A stretch of DNA of 57,097 nt from a virus (taxonomy: Duplodnaviria > Caudoviricetes): the IMG/VR virus record IMGVR_UViG_3300031977_001254, positions 1 through 57,097 of that record, one strand, 5' to 3'. The position numbers and the translations under genes were made by a program. Below are positions 9,529 to 17,859 of the stretch, piece after piece; within the stretch, counting starts at the first letter, position 1; each line of letters begins with the position of its first letter. The notes beneath the pieces were generated by a model. The model was given only the letters and a program-made list of their open reading frames with translations. It was not told the origin of the DNA and searched no databases.

Positions 9529-9699
9529 ATGGCTAAAGTGACTCGTGTTAAGTATTCAAGCAAGAAGTTTGAACAGGTGTTTGGTGAGCGTCCTATTATG
9601 GAAGCACCAGAGGTGAAGCATTCTTTCTCTAAGAAGTTAAAGTTCAATGCTTGGGAACGTCAGTTTTGTACTCCAGGTTTAAAGTATTCATTTAATTAG
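9529..9699 (+). CDS. Small early protein (56 aa, not in ORF track)
   Basis: MAKVTRVKYSSKKFEQVFGERP...; AAGGA SD; directly downstream of promoter. Confidence 0.6.
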   Translation: MAKVTRVKYSSKKFEQVFGERPIMEAPEVKHSFSKKLKFNAWERQFCTPGLKYSFN

Positions 9700-9707
9700 G
9701 AAGTTCT

Positions 9708-9965
9708 ATGTTAAGACATAATGATAGTTGTACTGAGTTACTCACCATACTCCAAGAAGAGTGTGCTGAGGTAATCGTTGCTGCGTCTAAGATAAAACGT
9801 TTTGGACAAGACCGTGAATCCCTCAATAGACTTGCACGAGAGTTGGGTGATCTCCAATGTATGATAAACCTTTGTCAAGAATATGACTTAGTGTCATTTA
9901 CTGCTATCGATGATTATGCTGAGATGAAGCGAGAAAAACTAAAAGAATGGTCTAATCTAATATGA
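9708..9965 (+). CDS. MazG-like NTP pyrophosphohydrolase
   Basis: LQEECAEV...SK..RFG...ELGDL. Confidence 0.75.
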   Translation: MLRHNDSCTELLTILQEECAEVIVAASKIKRFGQDRESLNRLARELGDLQCMINLCQEYDLVSFTAIDDYAEMKREKLKEWSNLI

Positions 9966-10097
9966 ACAATATGTGTGAAGAACGTACTTACATAATTGAA
10001 GCTATCAAACAAGGTAAGACCAACGAACAGATAAAATTTGGTCGTATCAACGATGCTTTAATTAATCATTATAGAATCACTTTATTTTCAAAATAAG

Positions 10098-10140
10098 TGT
10101 TGACTATTGTTTTCAATACAGGTATACTTCGTCTTGTAAA
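10098..10140 (+). promoter_or_regulatory. Early promoter cassette, copy 2 of the 43-bp direct repeat
   Basis: TTGACT-17 nt-TATACT; identical to 9466-9508. Confidence 0.85.
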
Positions 10141-10159
10141 TTGAGTTGAGGATATAAAA

Positions 10160-10609
10160 ATGTATAATATGATTATCAAAGGTACTACGAGTAAAAAGCT
10201 ACTATCATATATAGAGCGAGTTTACGACCACTTAGGTTTAGCAGAGTACCAAGATTGCGATTTTGAAGTAAACCTAGTACCTAAATGTCACGCAAACGCA
10301 GGCGGTTTTTGTAACGGAGACGACGAGTTCGTTGAAGTAGAACTAGCACGTAGCGACGCAGCAGGACGTATTCCGACAGAAGAGCTTAAAATAAACATAG
10401 CTCATGAATTAGTTCACGCCCAACAGTTAGCAAGCGGAAGATTAGTTAACAAGGGATTTGCTTTACGTACTAACGAACAAGGCGAACAGACTTTAACTAC
10501 TCAACAAGTATTTGACGGAGTTAACTATATTGGGGTAGAATATAAAGACCAGCCTTGGGAGATTGAGGCATATGAAAAAGAAAGCAAAATCTACGAAGCT
10601 TGCAGGTAA
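10160..10609 (+). CDS. Zinc metallopeptidase-like protein
   Basis: IAHELVHAQQ (HExxH) and PWEIEAY. Confidence 0.7.
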   Translation: MYNMIIKGTTSKKLLSYIERVYDHLGLAEYQDCDFEVNLVPKCHANAGGFCNGDDEFVEVELARSDAAGRIPTEELKINIAHELVHAQQLASGRLVNKGFALRTNEQGEQTLTTQQVFDGVNYIGVEYKDQPWEIEAYEKESKIYEACR

Positions 10610-10709
10610 GATAAACCCTGTAAAGAAAAACATGGACAAATTTACTCGTCCTTCTACACATTTAGATAAGAAAAAAGAGGCAAAGAAAAATGGGGAATTC
10701 TACTTATAG
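10572..10709 (+). CDS. Small basic protein (45 aa, not in ORF track)
   Basis: MKKK...NPVKKNMDKF..PSTHLDKKKE; GAGG SD upstream. Confidence 0.45.
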   Translation: MKKKAKSTKLAGKINPVKKNMDKFTRPSTHLDKKKEAKKNGEFYL

Positions 10710-10914
10710 CGCTGAGCACTTATTGTTGTCAATGTATGTGGTATTACTACTGGTTGATTTGGCAACTGCTTATCGAAATAAAATTAGGCATAAGATAAAG
10801 TACTTCTATGAAGTCTCTTATGCAAGTTGTTTTTATACCGAACACCGATGGACTTTTGTTGGTATCGTTGGGTTCTATGTAATGATGAATATTTTTTCAT
10901 ATTTTTTTCAATAA
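10690..10914 (+). CDS. Hypothetical membrane protein
   Basis: Two hydrophobic segments; start uncertain. Confidence 0.4.
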   Translation: MGNSTYSAEHLLLSMYVVLLLVDLATAYRNKIRHKIKYFYEVSYASCFYTEHRWTFVGIVGFYVMMNIFSYFFQ

Positions 10915-10918
10915 AAGC

Positions 10919-10947
10919 TTTACTTTTTAAATCTACTGGAGTATAAT
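10919..10947 (+). promoter_or_regulatory. Sigma70-like promoter
   Basis: TTTACT-17 nt-TATAAT. Confidence 0.6.
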
Positions 10948-10949
10948 AT

Positions 10950-11174
10950 ATGAACATTAGTAAAGAAGAGCGTTATGCGATTATTCGCCGAGCAGCTTTG
11001 AAAGTGCAAAAGCAGAGTAAAATTATCAAGTCTAATAAGAAACTCGCTGAGGAAGTTATTAGATTGGATAACGATACTACTAACAATGATGTTAACTATG
11101 AAACGAATGACGCTTATATTAGCGCTTACTTTTCTGATGTAATTTCTGCCAACAACCAAGAGGAAACTTTATAA
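10950..11174 (+). CDS. Hypothetical protein
   Basis: 74 aa, TAATG overlap with next gene. Confidence 0.5.
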   Translation: MNISKEERYAIIRRAALKVQKQSKIIKSNKKLAEEVIRLDNDTTNNDVNYETNDAYISAYFSDVISANNQEETL

Positions 11175-11467
11175 TGGCTGAACAACAAATGGAAAACCTA
11201 ATCGATTTAGGTAAATACCCACGCAACGATGTAGAACTAATTGCTCGTGAATTCCTTCGCGTCGTTTATCTTGAAACCCTTGATCAGTACGTACAAGAGC
11301 AACAGCAAGAAACTCCTGATACTACTGTAACAGGTAATATGGAAGATGCTTTGAAAGGTCTTGAAACTTCTATCATTATTCTTGATGGTGGTCCAGAGTT
11401 CCTTGAGTATGTGCATGCAGACGCTGACACCTCTGCGGAGAATGACGACGAATTTGATCGTTTCTAA
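11174..11467 (+). CDS. Hypothetical acidic protein
   Basis: GAGGA SD, 97 aa. Confidence 0.7.
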   Translation: MAEQQMENLIDLGKYPRNDVELIAREFLRVVYLETLDQYVQEQQQETPDTTVTGNMEDALKGLETSIIILDGGPEFLEYVHADADTSAENDDEFDRF

Positions 11468-11478
11468 GGAGAACTGTC

Positions 11479-11736
11479 ATGGGTGAACTTACTTTTGAAA
11501 CATTAATCAATCAACTAAAGTCTGCTGTGTATGAAGTCACTTTCATGAAGGTGAATGGAGAGAAGCGAGTAATGCCGTGTACTCTACTTTCTGAGTATCT
11601 TCCTGAATCTGATTCGACCAAAGTGCACAATAACGCTGAAGTCAATAAATCTGTCATTAGAGCATATGCTATTGACAAACAAGCTTGGCGTTCATTTAAA
11701 GTTGAGAATGTAATCTCAACGAGTCTGGTAGATTGA
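11479..11736 (+). CDS. WYL_2/DUF2693-like SH3-fold phage protein
   Basis: VTFMKVNGEKRVMPCTL...AWRSFK. Confidence 0.7.
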   Translation: MGELTFETLINQLKSAVYEVTFMKVNGEKRVMPCTLLSEYLPESDSTKVHNNAEVNKSVIRAYAIDKQAWRSFKVENVISTSLVD

Positions 11737-11972
11737 TGCCAGAATCTAATGACGTTTTTCTTACAAAGAAAACTTTCTCTCGCATGGTCGAGAACCTAGT
11801 GAGAGAAAGTAATAATGTCTCCTATATGGATGCCATTATTCATATTTGTGAGAAAAACGGAATAGAGCTAGAAGATATTAAGAAGTTCTTAACAGCTTCA
11901 TTGGTCGGTCGGCTTGAGGCAGAAGCCAGAGGTCTTAATTATCTTCCAAGGGTTAACACTCTCGATGTTTAG
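11733..11972 (+). CDS. gp33: Late transcription coactivator gp33
   Basis: SYMDAIIHICEKNGIE...EAEA..LNYL; located upstream of gp32. Confidence 0.8.
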   Translation: MMPESNDVFLTKKTFSRMVENLVRESNNVSYMDAIIHICEKNGIELEDIKKFLTASLVGRLEAEARGLNYLPRVNTLDV

Positions 11973-12471
11973 TATTATTAAATTAATTCCTGACGATCTT
12001 ATAGATGATCTCTTGGTATATGGCGACACTTCTCGTCAATATAAAGTGGGGGTTATGAATAATGGAGAGAACACTTATAATCCAAGTTTGCGTAGCACGA
12101 CTGGAATAAGAATCAATCCAAAATTATTCACAGAAGTAAATGAACTTCTCGAAACTTATATTGACGATGATAGTGTTGTTAACCAATTTGATTTCTTGAT
12201 ATATCATAAAGGTGATTTCTTCAGAAGGCATGTTGATACCTTTTCTGAACCTCATCTTAAAGATGCTCGTGTGTGGACAACCATCACGATGCTTGAACGA
12301 TCGGAAGACTTAGAAGGCGGTGGATTGATAGTGGGAGATAGTGATCCTATCCATTTAAAGAATGGTGAGACTATTATCTTTAAATCTAATCTTGAGCATG
12401 AAGCGTTAGAAGTCTTACAAGGCACTAGAAAGGTTTTGGTGGCTTGGTTAGGAATGTATAAATATGATTGA
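11965..12471 (+). CDS. 2OG-Fe(II) oxygenase (PKHD/prolyl hydroxylase type)
   Basis: Y..GDFF..HVD, EGGGL, F.SNLEH, GTRKVLVAW. Confidence 0.85.
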   Translation: MFSIIKLIPDDLIDDLLVYGDTSRQYKVGVMNNGENTYNPSLRSTTGIRINPKLFTEVNELLETYIDDDSVVNQFDFLIYHKGDFFRRHVDTFSEPHLKDARVWTTITMLERSEDLEGGGLIVGDSDPIHLKNGETIIFKSNLEHEALEVLQGTRKVLVAWLGMYKYD

Positions 12472-12496
12472 CTTTATGTCAAAAATATACGATAAT
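12457..12496 (+). promoter_or_regulatory. Tandem late and sigma70-like promoters for gp32
   Basis: TATAAATA 12457-12464; TTGACT-17 nt-GATAAT 12468-12496; AT-rich leader follows. Confidence 0.7.
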
Positions 12497-12557
12497 ACAA
12501 TCTGTAATATAACTGTTAATATTTAAGTAATACAATTTAATATATAAGGAATACAAT

Positions 12558-13502
12558 ATGTCTTTTGCAAACCTCAAGTCCAAATCTATGGACATCAACT
12601 CTCTAGTATCTGCTGCACAACAAGCATCAGGATCTACTAAAACTACAAACAAATATCAAGACGACCGTAAATGGAAGCCAACCGTTGATGATAACGGCAA
12701 TGGTTACGCTGTATTGCGTTTCCTTCCTGCTGGCGATGGTCAAGACCTTCCTTGGGTACGTTACTGGGATCATGCATTTAAAGGTCCAACTGGCCAATGG
12801 TATATCGAGCGTTCTTTGACAACTCTTGGTCAAGCTGACCCAGTAGGTGAGATGAACTCTCGTCTATGGAACAGCGGTATCGAAGCTGATAAAGAAACAG
12901 CCCGTACACAGAAACGTCGTCTTCACTATGTCACTAACGTTCTAATCGTTAATGATCCAGCAAACCCTGCTAACAATGGCAAGGTGATGTTATACGAATT
13001 CGGTAAGAAGATCTTTGATAAAATCATGGATATGATGCAGCCTGAATTCCCTGGAGAGACTCCAGTTAATCCTTTCGACTTCTGGAAGGGTGCTGACTTT
13101 GAATTGAAGATTCGTAAAGTTGAAGGCTATCGTAACTACGACAAGTCTGGCTTTAAAGCTCCTTCTCCATTGTTCGACGGTGACGACGGCAAGCTTGAAT
13201 CAACATATAACGCAATGTACGACTTGAATGAGTTCACCACTCCTAACTTCCCTGGAGCGCATGATCCTAATTACTTTAAGTCTTATGAAGAACTTAAAGC
13301 TCGTTTGGAAACTGTACTAGGTATGGCAACTGGTGTAGGTGCTACTTTGAAGAATGAAGGAATTGCGCAGTCTGCTGAGACAGCTCCGATTAAGGAAGCT
13401 TCTGAGCCAACGATTGTTGCTGCTGAACCTGCTCCTGTGGCAAGTGCTTCGGATGAAGATGATACATTATCTTACTTCGCGCAGATGGCTCAGGAAGATT
13501 AA
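12558..13502 (+). CDS. gp32: Single-stranded DNA-binding protein gp32
   Basis: D.R.WKP..D..GNGYAVLRFLP, GQWYIE, GKKIFDKI, NPFDFW.GADF.LKIRKV.GY.NYD.S, acidic tail. Confidence 0.95.
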   Translation: MSFANLKSKSMDINSLVSAAQQASGSTKTTNKYQDDRKWKPTVDDNGNGYAVLRFLPAGDGQDLPWVRYWDHAFKGPTGQWYIERSLTTLGQADPVGEMNSRLWNSGIEADKETARTQKRRLHYVTNVLIVNDPANPANNGKVMLYEFGKKIFDKIMDMMQPEFPGETPVNPFDFWKGADFELKIRKVEGYRNYDKSGFKAPSPLFDGDDGKLESTYNAMYDLNEFTTPNFPGAHDPNYFKSYEELKARLETVLGMATGVGATLKNEGIAQSAETAPIKEASEPTIVAAEPAPVASASDEDDTLSYFAQMAQED

Positions 13503-13526
13503 TTCTGACACCCCATGACGTCCTTT

Positions 13527-13552
13527 AGCCACCTTCGGGTGGCTTTTTTTTT
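13527..13552 (+). terminator. Rho-independent terminator with UUCG tetraloop
   Basis: AGCCACC-TTCG-GGTGGCT-T run. Confidence 0.9.
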
Positions 13553-15125
13553 ATCTAGTGCCTTGATCAAATGTATCCATAGATGACATACTACCACCAA
13601 TAGATAATGACATTGGAGCGCTGTTATTAACTGTGCTAGTTGGAGCGCTGACAATAACAGGCGCTTGTTTGTTATTCATTGAAGTCAATGTTGTTGTAGT
13701 GGTAGTAATTGTTTGCCCTGCAGTGTTAGGTTGAACCCCAGCAATTTGAGAAATACCAGTAAGTTGAGCAGTAGCATCTTCGATAACACCAGACTTCAAT
13801 CCAGGTTGGAAGTTCATTTCAGGTAATCCATCAAACCAACCTGAACCAACTGTAGACCCTTCCCACATAGCATTTAGAAGATAGATAGTCTTAGCTGTTG
13901 CTTCAGAGAATGCTGTCATTTGATCTGAGTAATTATCAAAGTCAATTGAGTTAACGTTGGCAATACCTGCGCCAAGATCATTGAATGCACTAGCTAGTAA
14001 AGTGATACGTCCTATCTTCTCAGGATCAATATCAAGAGCATCTAGCGACTTTCTTGTTTTGGTAAAGATGTCGTCATCTTCGCTTTTACCGAAGATCCAA
14101 TCCATCGCACCACCTATTAGATCGCCAATAGCACCAATACCTTTAGCGCCATACAATGCTGCGATACCAGCACCAACAGCAATCATACCACCGCCAACAG
14201 CAAGTAGGTTTACGCCGTCTATCTCTGTGAGTGGATTTAAACCTTCTGCAGTATTTTTGAGTAGAGGAGCAAGTTCTTCACCTGTGATCCCCATCGCAGC
14301 AATTATTTTGCCCATTCCAGCGAAGCTACCAAAGAATCCCCCAACAGCTGCACCCATTAAAGTCATTGCAACAACGCCTTTTGGATTACCAAGTAACTTA
14401 CTTGCCGCAAATATCGCACCTAAAGCAATTAGAGATGAATCGGAGAATGCGTTAAGACCTTCACCAACAGACTTCATCATGCCAGCTACTTTGGCTCCAT
14501 CTGTTTCCAGAAGATTCATGCCTGCGTCACCAAGAGCAAGACCAGCAAAGAATCCGCCGATACCAGCACCCATTGCTGTCATACCAGCAGCTGCTTTCAT
14601 AGAGTTACCAACTCCAGCTAATGCGCCAAGGATACCACCACCAGCCATGATGCCCCCCATGATCATTAAACCACGTTCTGGAGTTTCAGCTAAAGCTTCA
14701 CCAAGGGTAATCATATTACGTTTGGTTGCTTGCATATCAGTATTGATCAACGCTTGAGCTTTATCGCCCATTGCAAGACCAGTGAAGAATCCACCGATAC
14801 CAAAACCAAGTGCTGCAAGACCAACCCCTGCGCCAACGCCCATAGCGCCAACTTTAACACCAGAACCAACCGCACTAGCAATAGACTTAGCCATAGCGCC
14901 GTCTTTCTTACCACCACCACCACCGCCACCAGATCCAGCAGGCGCTCCTGCAGGTGCACCAGACTGATTGTTGTCTCGTTGACTCTCAAGATCATCTAGT
15001 CTTCGTTGTTCTTCCTTAATGGATTCAGCTTCAAGGTGCTCGTGTATATTACCGACGATACTGTTAGTATCTACAGCGATATAATTCGACTCCTTCATCT
15101 CTTGGACAACTTGTGCGATTGACAT
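13551..15125 (-). CDS. Probable tape measure / baseplate hub protein (gp29-like)
   Basis: Gly/Ala-rich helical repeats (GIGGFFxGLA x3); directly downstream of gp26/gp51. Confidence 0.6.
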   Translation of the reverse strand: MSIAQVVQEMKESNYIAVDTNSIVGNIHEHLEAESIKEEQRRLDDLESQRDNNQSGAPAGAPAGSGGGGGGGKKDGAMAKSIASAVGSGVKVGAMGVGAGVGLAALGFGIGGFFTGLAMGDKAQALINTDMQATKRNMITLGEALAETPERGLMIMGGIMAGGGILGALAGVGNSMKAAAGMTAMGAGIGGFFAGLALGDAGMNLLETDGAKVAGMMKSVGEGLNAFSDSSLIALGAIFAASKLLGNPKGVVAMTLMGAAVGGFFGSFAGMGKIIAAMGITGEELAPLLKNTAEGLNPLTEIDGVNLLAVGGGMIAVGAGIAALYGAKGIGAIGDLIGGAMDWIFGKSEDDDIFTKTRKSLDALDIDPEKIGRITLLASAFNDLGAGIANVNSIDFDNYSDQMTAFSEATAKTIYLLNAMWEGSTVGSGWFDGLPEMNFQPGLKSGVIEDATAQLTGISQIAGVQPNTAGQTITTTTTTLTSMNNKQAPVIVSAPTSTVNNSAPMSLSIGGSMSSMDTFDQGTR

Positions 15126-15131
15126 CTGTTA

Positions 15132-15320
15132 TTAACCTTTTTGCTTAGACCTTTCAGTCTTTTCTTTAATATCTTCTATTAACATAGTGAGATATATCTC
15201 CCTCTCCCAAGGCATCATCGTTTCAACTTCATCTAGTGAATAATGGTAGTTATTCATTAACTGAAAATTAACCTGATAATAATTTGTCAAGTTATCATGA
15301 GAGAGGTTGATTAAAAAAAA
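15132..15320 (-). CDS. gp51: gp51-like baseplate hub assembly protein (open frame; start uncertain, probably reached by frameshift)
   Basis: Hand translation FFLINLSHDNLTNYYQVNFQLMNNYHYSLDEVETMMPWEREIYLTML...; PWER motif. Confidence 0.75.
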   Translation of the reverse strand, partial: FFLINLSHDNLTNYYQVNFQLMNNYHYSLDEVETMMPWEREIYLTMLIEDIKEKTERSKQKG

Positions 15321-16018
15321 TCATCCATTCCCTTTAACGTCCGAACGTTATCATGCCCACAACTTGTACAAGTATATTTGATGTCTTGGAACACAAACGG
15401 AATACCATTTATGAAGTTAGCCATCATATCATATTGACTTGTTGTCATAGACTCAATAAACGCTATAACGTCTTCACGCGATTCTTCTTTCATCGAAATA
15501 CGTTCTTCTTCCGTATGTACCGATTCCATACAAATTAGCATGAGTTCGAATATAGCTTCGGCGCTTGTCTTTGCTTGAGAAAGTGCTTCGTTATTTAAAA
15601 ATTCTTCATATGTTGGATATCTCATCTTCACTGCGATATCCGGAGTTATTTGTAAAACAGGATCTACGACTTCATTAGAGATCTCTGACTTATCAAGATC
15701 TACTTTGACGTTGTTTCTTGTTTCACATTCACTACACGGTATTTCAATTTCTACCGTTTCGCCCACTGACTTTGATCTAATCATCGTAAACAGATAATCA
15801 ATATCAAACGTAGTCAATGGTGTTTTAACTTCAACTTCTAAACAGGACTTTATTGTTCTTGTGATAGCTCGAAGTAAATCCTTTCTATCTTGTGTCTCAA
15901 GAGCAATCAATAAATTCTTCTGTTCTTTCACTAGGAATGGGCGGTATGTTGCCAACTGTCCAGTGGAAGGAATTGTCACTTCATAACTCGGTGTAGAGTT
16001 TAATTTAGGTAATGCCAT
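15311..16018 (-). CDS. gp26: Baseplate hub subunit/chaperone gp26
   Basis: MALPKL..P.Y...IPSTG....YRPFLVKEQK.LL, IRSKSVGE, two CxxC, ends DFF. Confidence 0.85.
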   Translation of the reverse strand: MALPKLNSTPSYEVTIPSTGQLATYRPFLVKEQKNLLIALETQDRKDLLRAITRTIKSCLEVEVKTPLTTFDIDYLFTMIRSKSVGETVEIEIPCSECETRNNVKVDLDKSEISNEVVDPVLQITPDIAVKMRYPTYEEFLNNEALSQAKTSAEAIFELMLICMESVHTEEERISMKEESREDVIAFIESMTTSQYDMMANFINGIPFVFQDIKYTCTSCGHDNVRTLKGMDDFF

Positions 16019-16033
16019 TTTATAGTCCCATTG

Positions 16034-16666
16034 TTAAATGTCGAACTTGATTCCTCGGTTCAACGTTGATAATAAATCTCTCTTGACTTCCCAGTTTGTA
16101 TATGAAAACTGAACTGTCATTTCAACTAACCCATCTGGGTCATTTGTTAATTCTATTCCTGATATAGTAGTTGGGAATGCATCTATCAACTCAACTGTAT
16201 AGATTGAGTTAGCAAAGAAGTCAAACCCGATATTAAATATACCACCAATACTTATCTCTTTGCTATACTCCTGTCCAAGTATGCCTGTACCGTCTGGTTT
16301 GCGTAGTTGGTGTATAGTAACGCGCTTGGCGTAATCTTTCTTATAACCAACCTCACCGCGTTTCTCTCCGACCATTAGCTTACGCCACTCATCGAAATAC
16401 AGCTTAGTGTGGTAATCATTAAGGACGTAGAATGTCATAGACACATCATCAACAAGGAAACCATCAACAATCTTTTCATTATAAAGACCAATGTTAAGAT
16501 CCTTTGTGGTGACCTGCTTTCCAGGCATGGTGACGCTTTTACACATAAGGTTTAATGTGCGTCCAGTAAATCCACCAATCGTTGGTAGCTGAACAGCAAA
16601 CTGGTTGGTCATCGCCACACCATTTGCTCTATTCATCTGGGACTTTAATTGTTCTATACTAGCCAT
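16034..16666 (-). CDS. Tail tube initiator gp54-like (gp19 fold)
   Basis: C.SV.MPG...DDV.MTFY...YF.EW...FP......L...V.F.Y tube-fold pattern; synteny. Confidence 0.65.
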   Translation of the reverse strand: MASIEQLKSQMNRANGVAMTNQFAVQLPTIGGFTGRTLNLMCKSVTMPGKQVTTKDLNIGLYNEKIVDGFLVDDVSMTFYVLNDYHTKLYFDEWRKLMVGEKRGEVGYKKDYAKRVTIHQLRKPDGTGILGQEYSKEISIGGIFNIGFDFFANSIYTVELIDAFPTTISGIELTNDPDGLVEMTVQFSYTNWEVKRDLLSTLNRGIKFDI

Positions 16667-17249
16667 TGATCATCTTCCTACTGTCTGAATATACTTTCTG
16701 ACTATTACTCTTACGGAAATCAGCAGTTGGCAAGAACGTCGCTATCTCCCATTCTGGTGCAGGCACCAACGCAAAGTTACCTTGTACTTGGCTATTAAGG
16801 TAATGCTTAACGCATGGTTTAAAGTACTTCAGTTTTGCGGTTGAAGCTAACAACGCATATGTTGCTTTAAATCTAGTTGCGTTGGTAAACTTCTTATCTG
16901 ATGTAATATCCATTAAGCCATCAAGCATCTTAGCTCGTAGCTGTGGTGGTAGGTAATGAAGGTTCAACCCAAGGAATCCACCTTCGGCTGGACCAATCAC
17001 AACAACCAACGGAAATCTATCATAATACGGCAGAGTGTCTTTATGCTTCGGATCGTAGAAGAACATATACATTGAACCAACTATCTCACTACTTGTCTGT
17101 TTTAGTGGTTCAGACTTCATTAAGTTATCTCGGTTGATACTGCGCATATTTTTAATCTTGTTCATGAACCAAGCGCGGGATTCCTTTGTGCGTGGCGTGA
17201 TACCAGCACGGAATGCTTCGATCTCTAGTTTTTGAAATAGATTAGACAC
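16659..17249 (-). CDS. gp2: DNA end protector protein gp2
   Basis: MFFYDPKHKDTLPYYDRFPL, GLNLHYLP..R. Confidence 0.9.
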   Translation of the reverse strand: MSNLFQKLEIEAFRAGITPRTKESRAWFMNKIKNMRSINRDNLMKSEPLKQTSSEIVGSMYMFFYDPKHKDTLPYYDRFPLVVVIGPAEGGFLGLNLHYLPPQLRAKMLDGLMDITSDKKFTNATRFKATYALLASTAKLKYFKPCVKHYLNSQVQGNFALVPAPEWEIATFLPTADFRKSNSQKVYSDSRKMING

Positions 17250-17276
17250 TTATGTCTCCGTTAAAAAATATAAATC

Positions 17277-17284
17277 TATTTATA
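17277..17284 (-). promoter_or_regulatory. Late promoter for gp2
   Basis: TATAAATA on minus strand. Confidence 0.7.
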
Positions 17285-17285
17285 A

Positions 17286-17807
17286 CTATTTTTTAGATTT
17301 CTTTCTCGGAGTGAACTTCTTTAGTGGTTTGAATGCGAACTTGCCCTTGGGTTTTTGAGTTGACTTGGGCATAATACCCATAGCGGTGAGTTCTTTCTCT
17401 GTCCATATCTCAAAATGCCAACCACGGTCAAGAGCAAATGCTTTGGCTGCATGCCATTTAGATTGGTTCTTTATGTATGTCATACTCTCATTCAATAATG
17501 TTTGCCGACGTTTACCTTGTTTCTTTTCTGGTTTTAATGTCTGGGCATATGGCTTAACTTCAACCAGAATCTTCTTACCATCAGAGAACTGAATCGCAAA
17601 GTCCATAAAGTATCGATGTGGCTTCTTATCAGTCTGACAGATATAAGGTATGACAACTTCTTCAGAGACCCATTGAGTGACGTTGGTATTTTCGTCGCAC
17701 CACTTCATAACGTGACGCTCCCACATGCTTCTGTACACTACATTATCAGGATCGCCTGCATATTTTTTAGGGTTCTTTGGTTTGTATCTTCCTTTATATG
17801 TTTTCAT
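17286..17807 (-). CDS. gp4: Head completion nuclease gp4
   Basis: YKGRYKPKNPKKY.GD, YRSMWE, W.SEE..IPY, HRYF.DF, EVKP; start placed at ATG 17807. Confidence 0.9.
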   Translation of the reverse strand: MKTYKGRYKPKNPKKYAGDPDNVVYRSMWERHVMKWCDENTNVTQWVSEEVVIPYICQTDKKPHRYFMDFAIQFSDGKKILVEVKPYAQTLKPEKKQGKRRQTLLNESMTYIKNQSKWHAAKAFALDRGWHFEIWTEKELTAMGIMPKSTQKPKGKFAFKPLKKFTPRKKSKK

Positions 17808-17821
17808 TATTATTATTTTGT

Positions 17822-17846
17822 TATAAATAGTTAACAAGTATTTATA
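17822..17846. promoter_or_regulatory. Face-to-face late promoters for gp48 (+) and gp4 (-)
   Basis: TATAAATA on + at 17822-17829 and on - at 17839-17846. Confidence 0.75.
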
Positions 17847-17859
17847 CCGAGAGCCAAAA

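Noticed and set aside
9351-9647. 98-aa minus-strand ORF
   Set aside because: Overlaps a plus-strand promoter cassette and a better supported plus-strand ORF with SD.
13957-14999. Plus-strand ORFs (266, 89 and 61 aa) opposite the tape-measure-like gene
   Set aside because: Antisense shadows of Gly/Ala codons (Pro/Ala-rich); no start signals.
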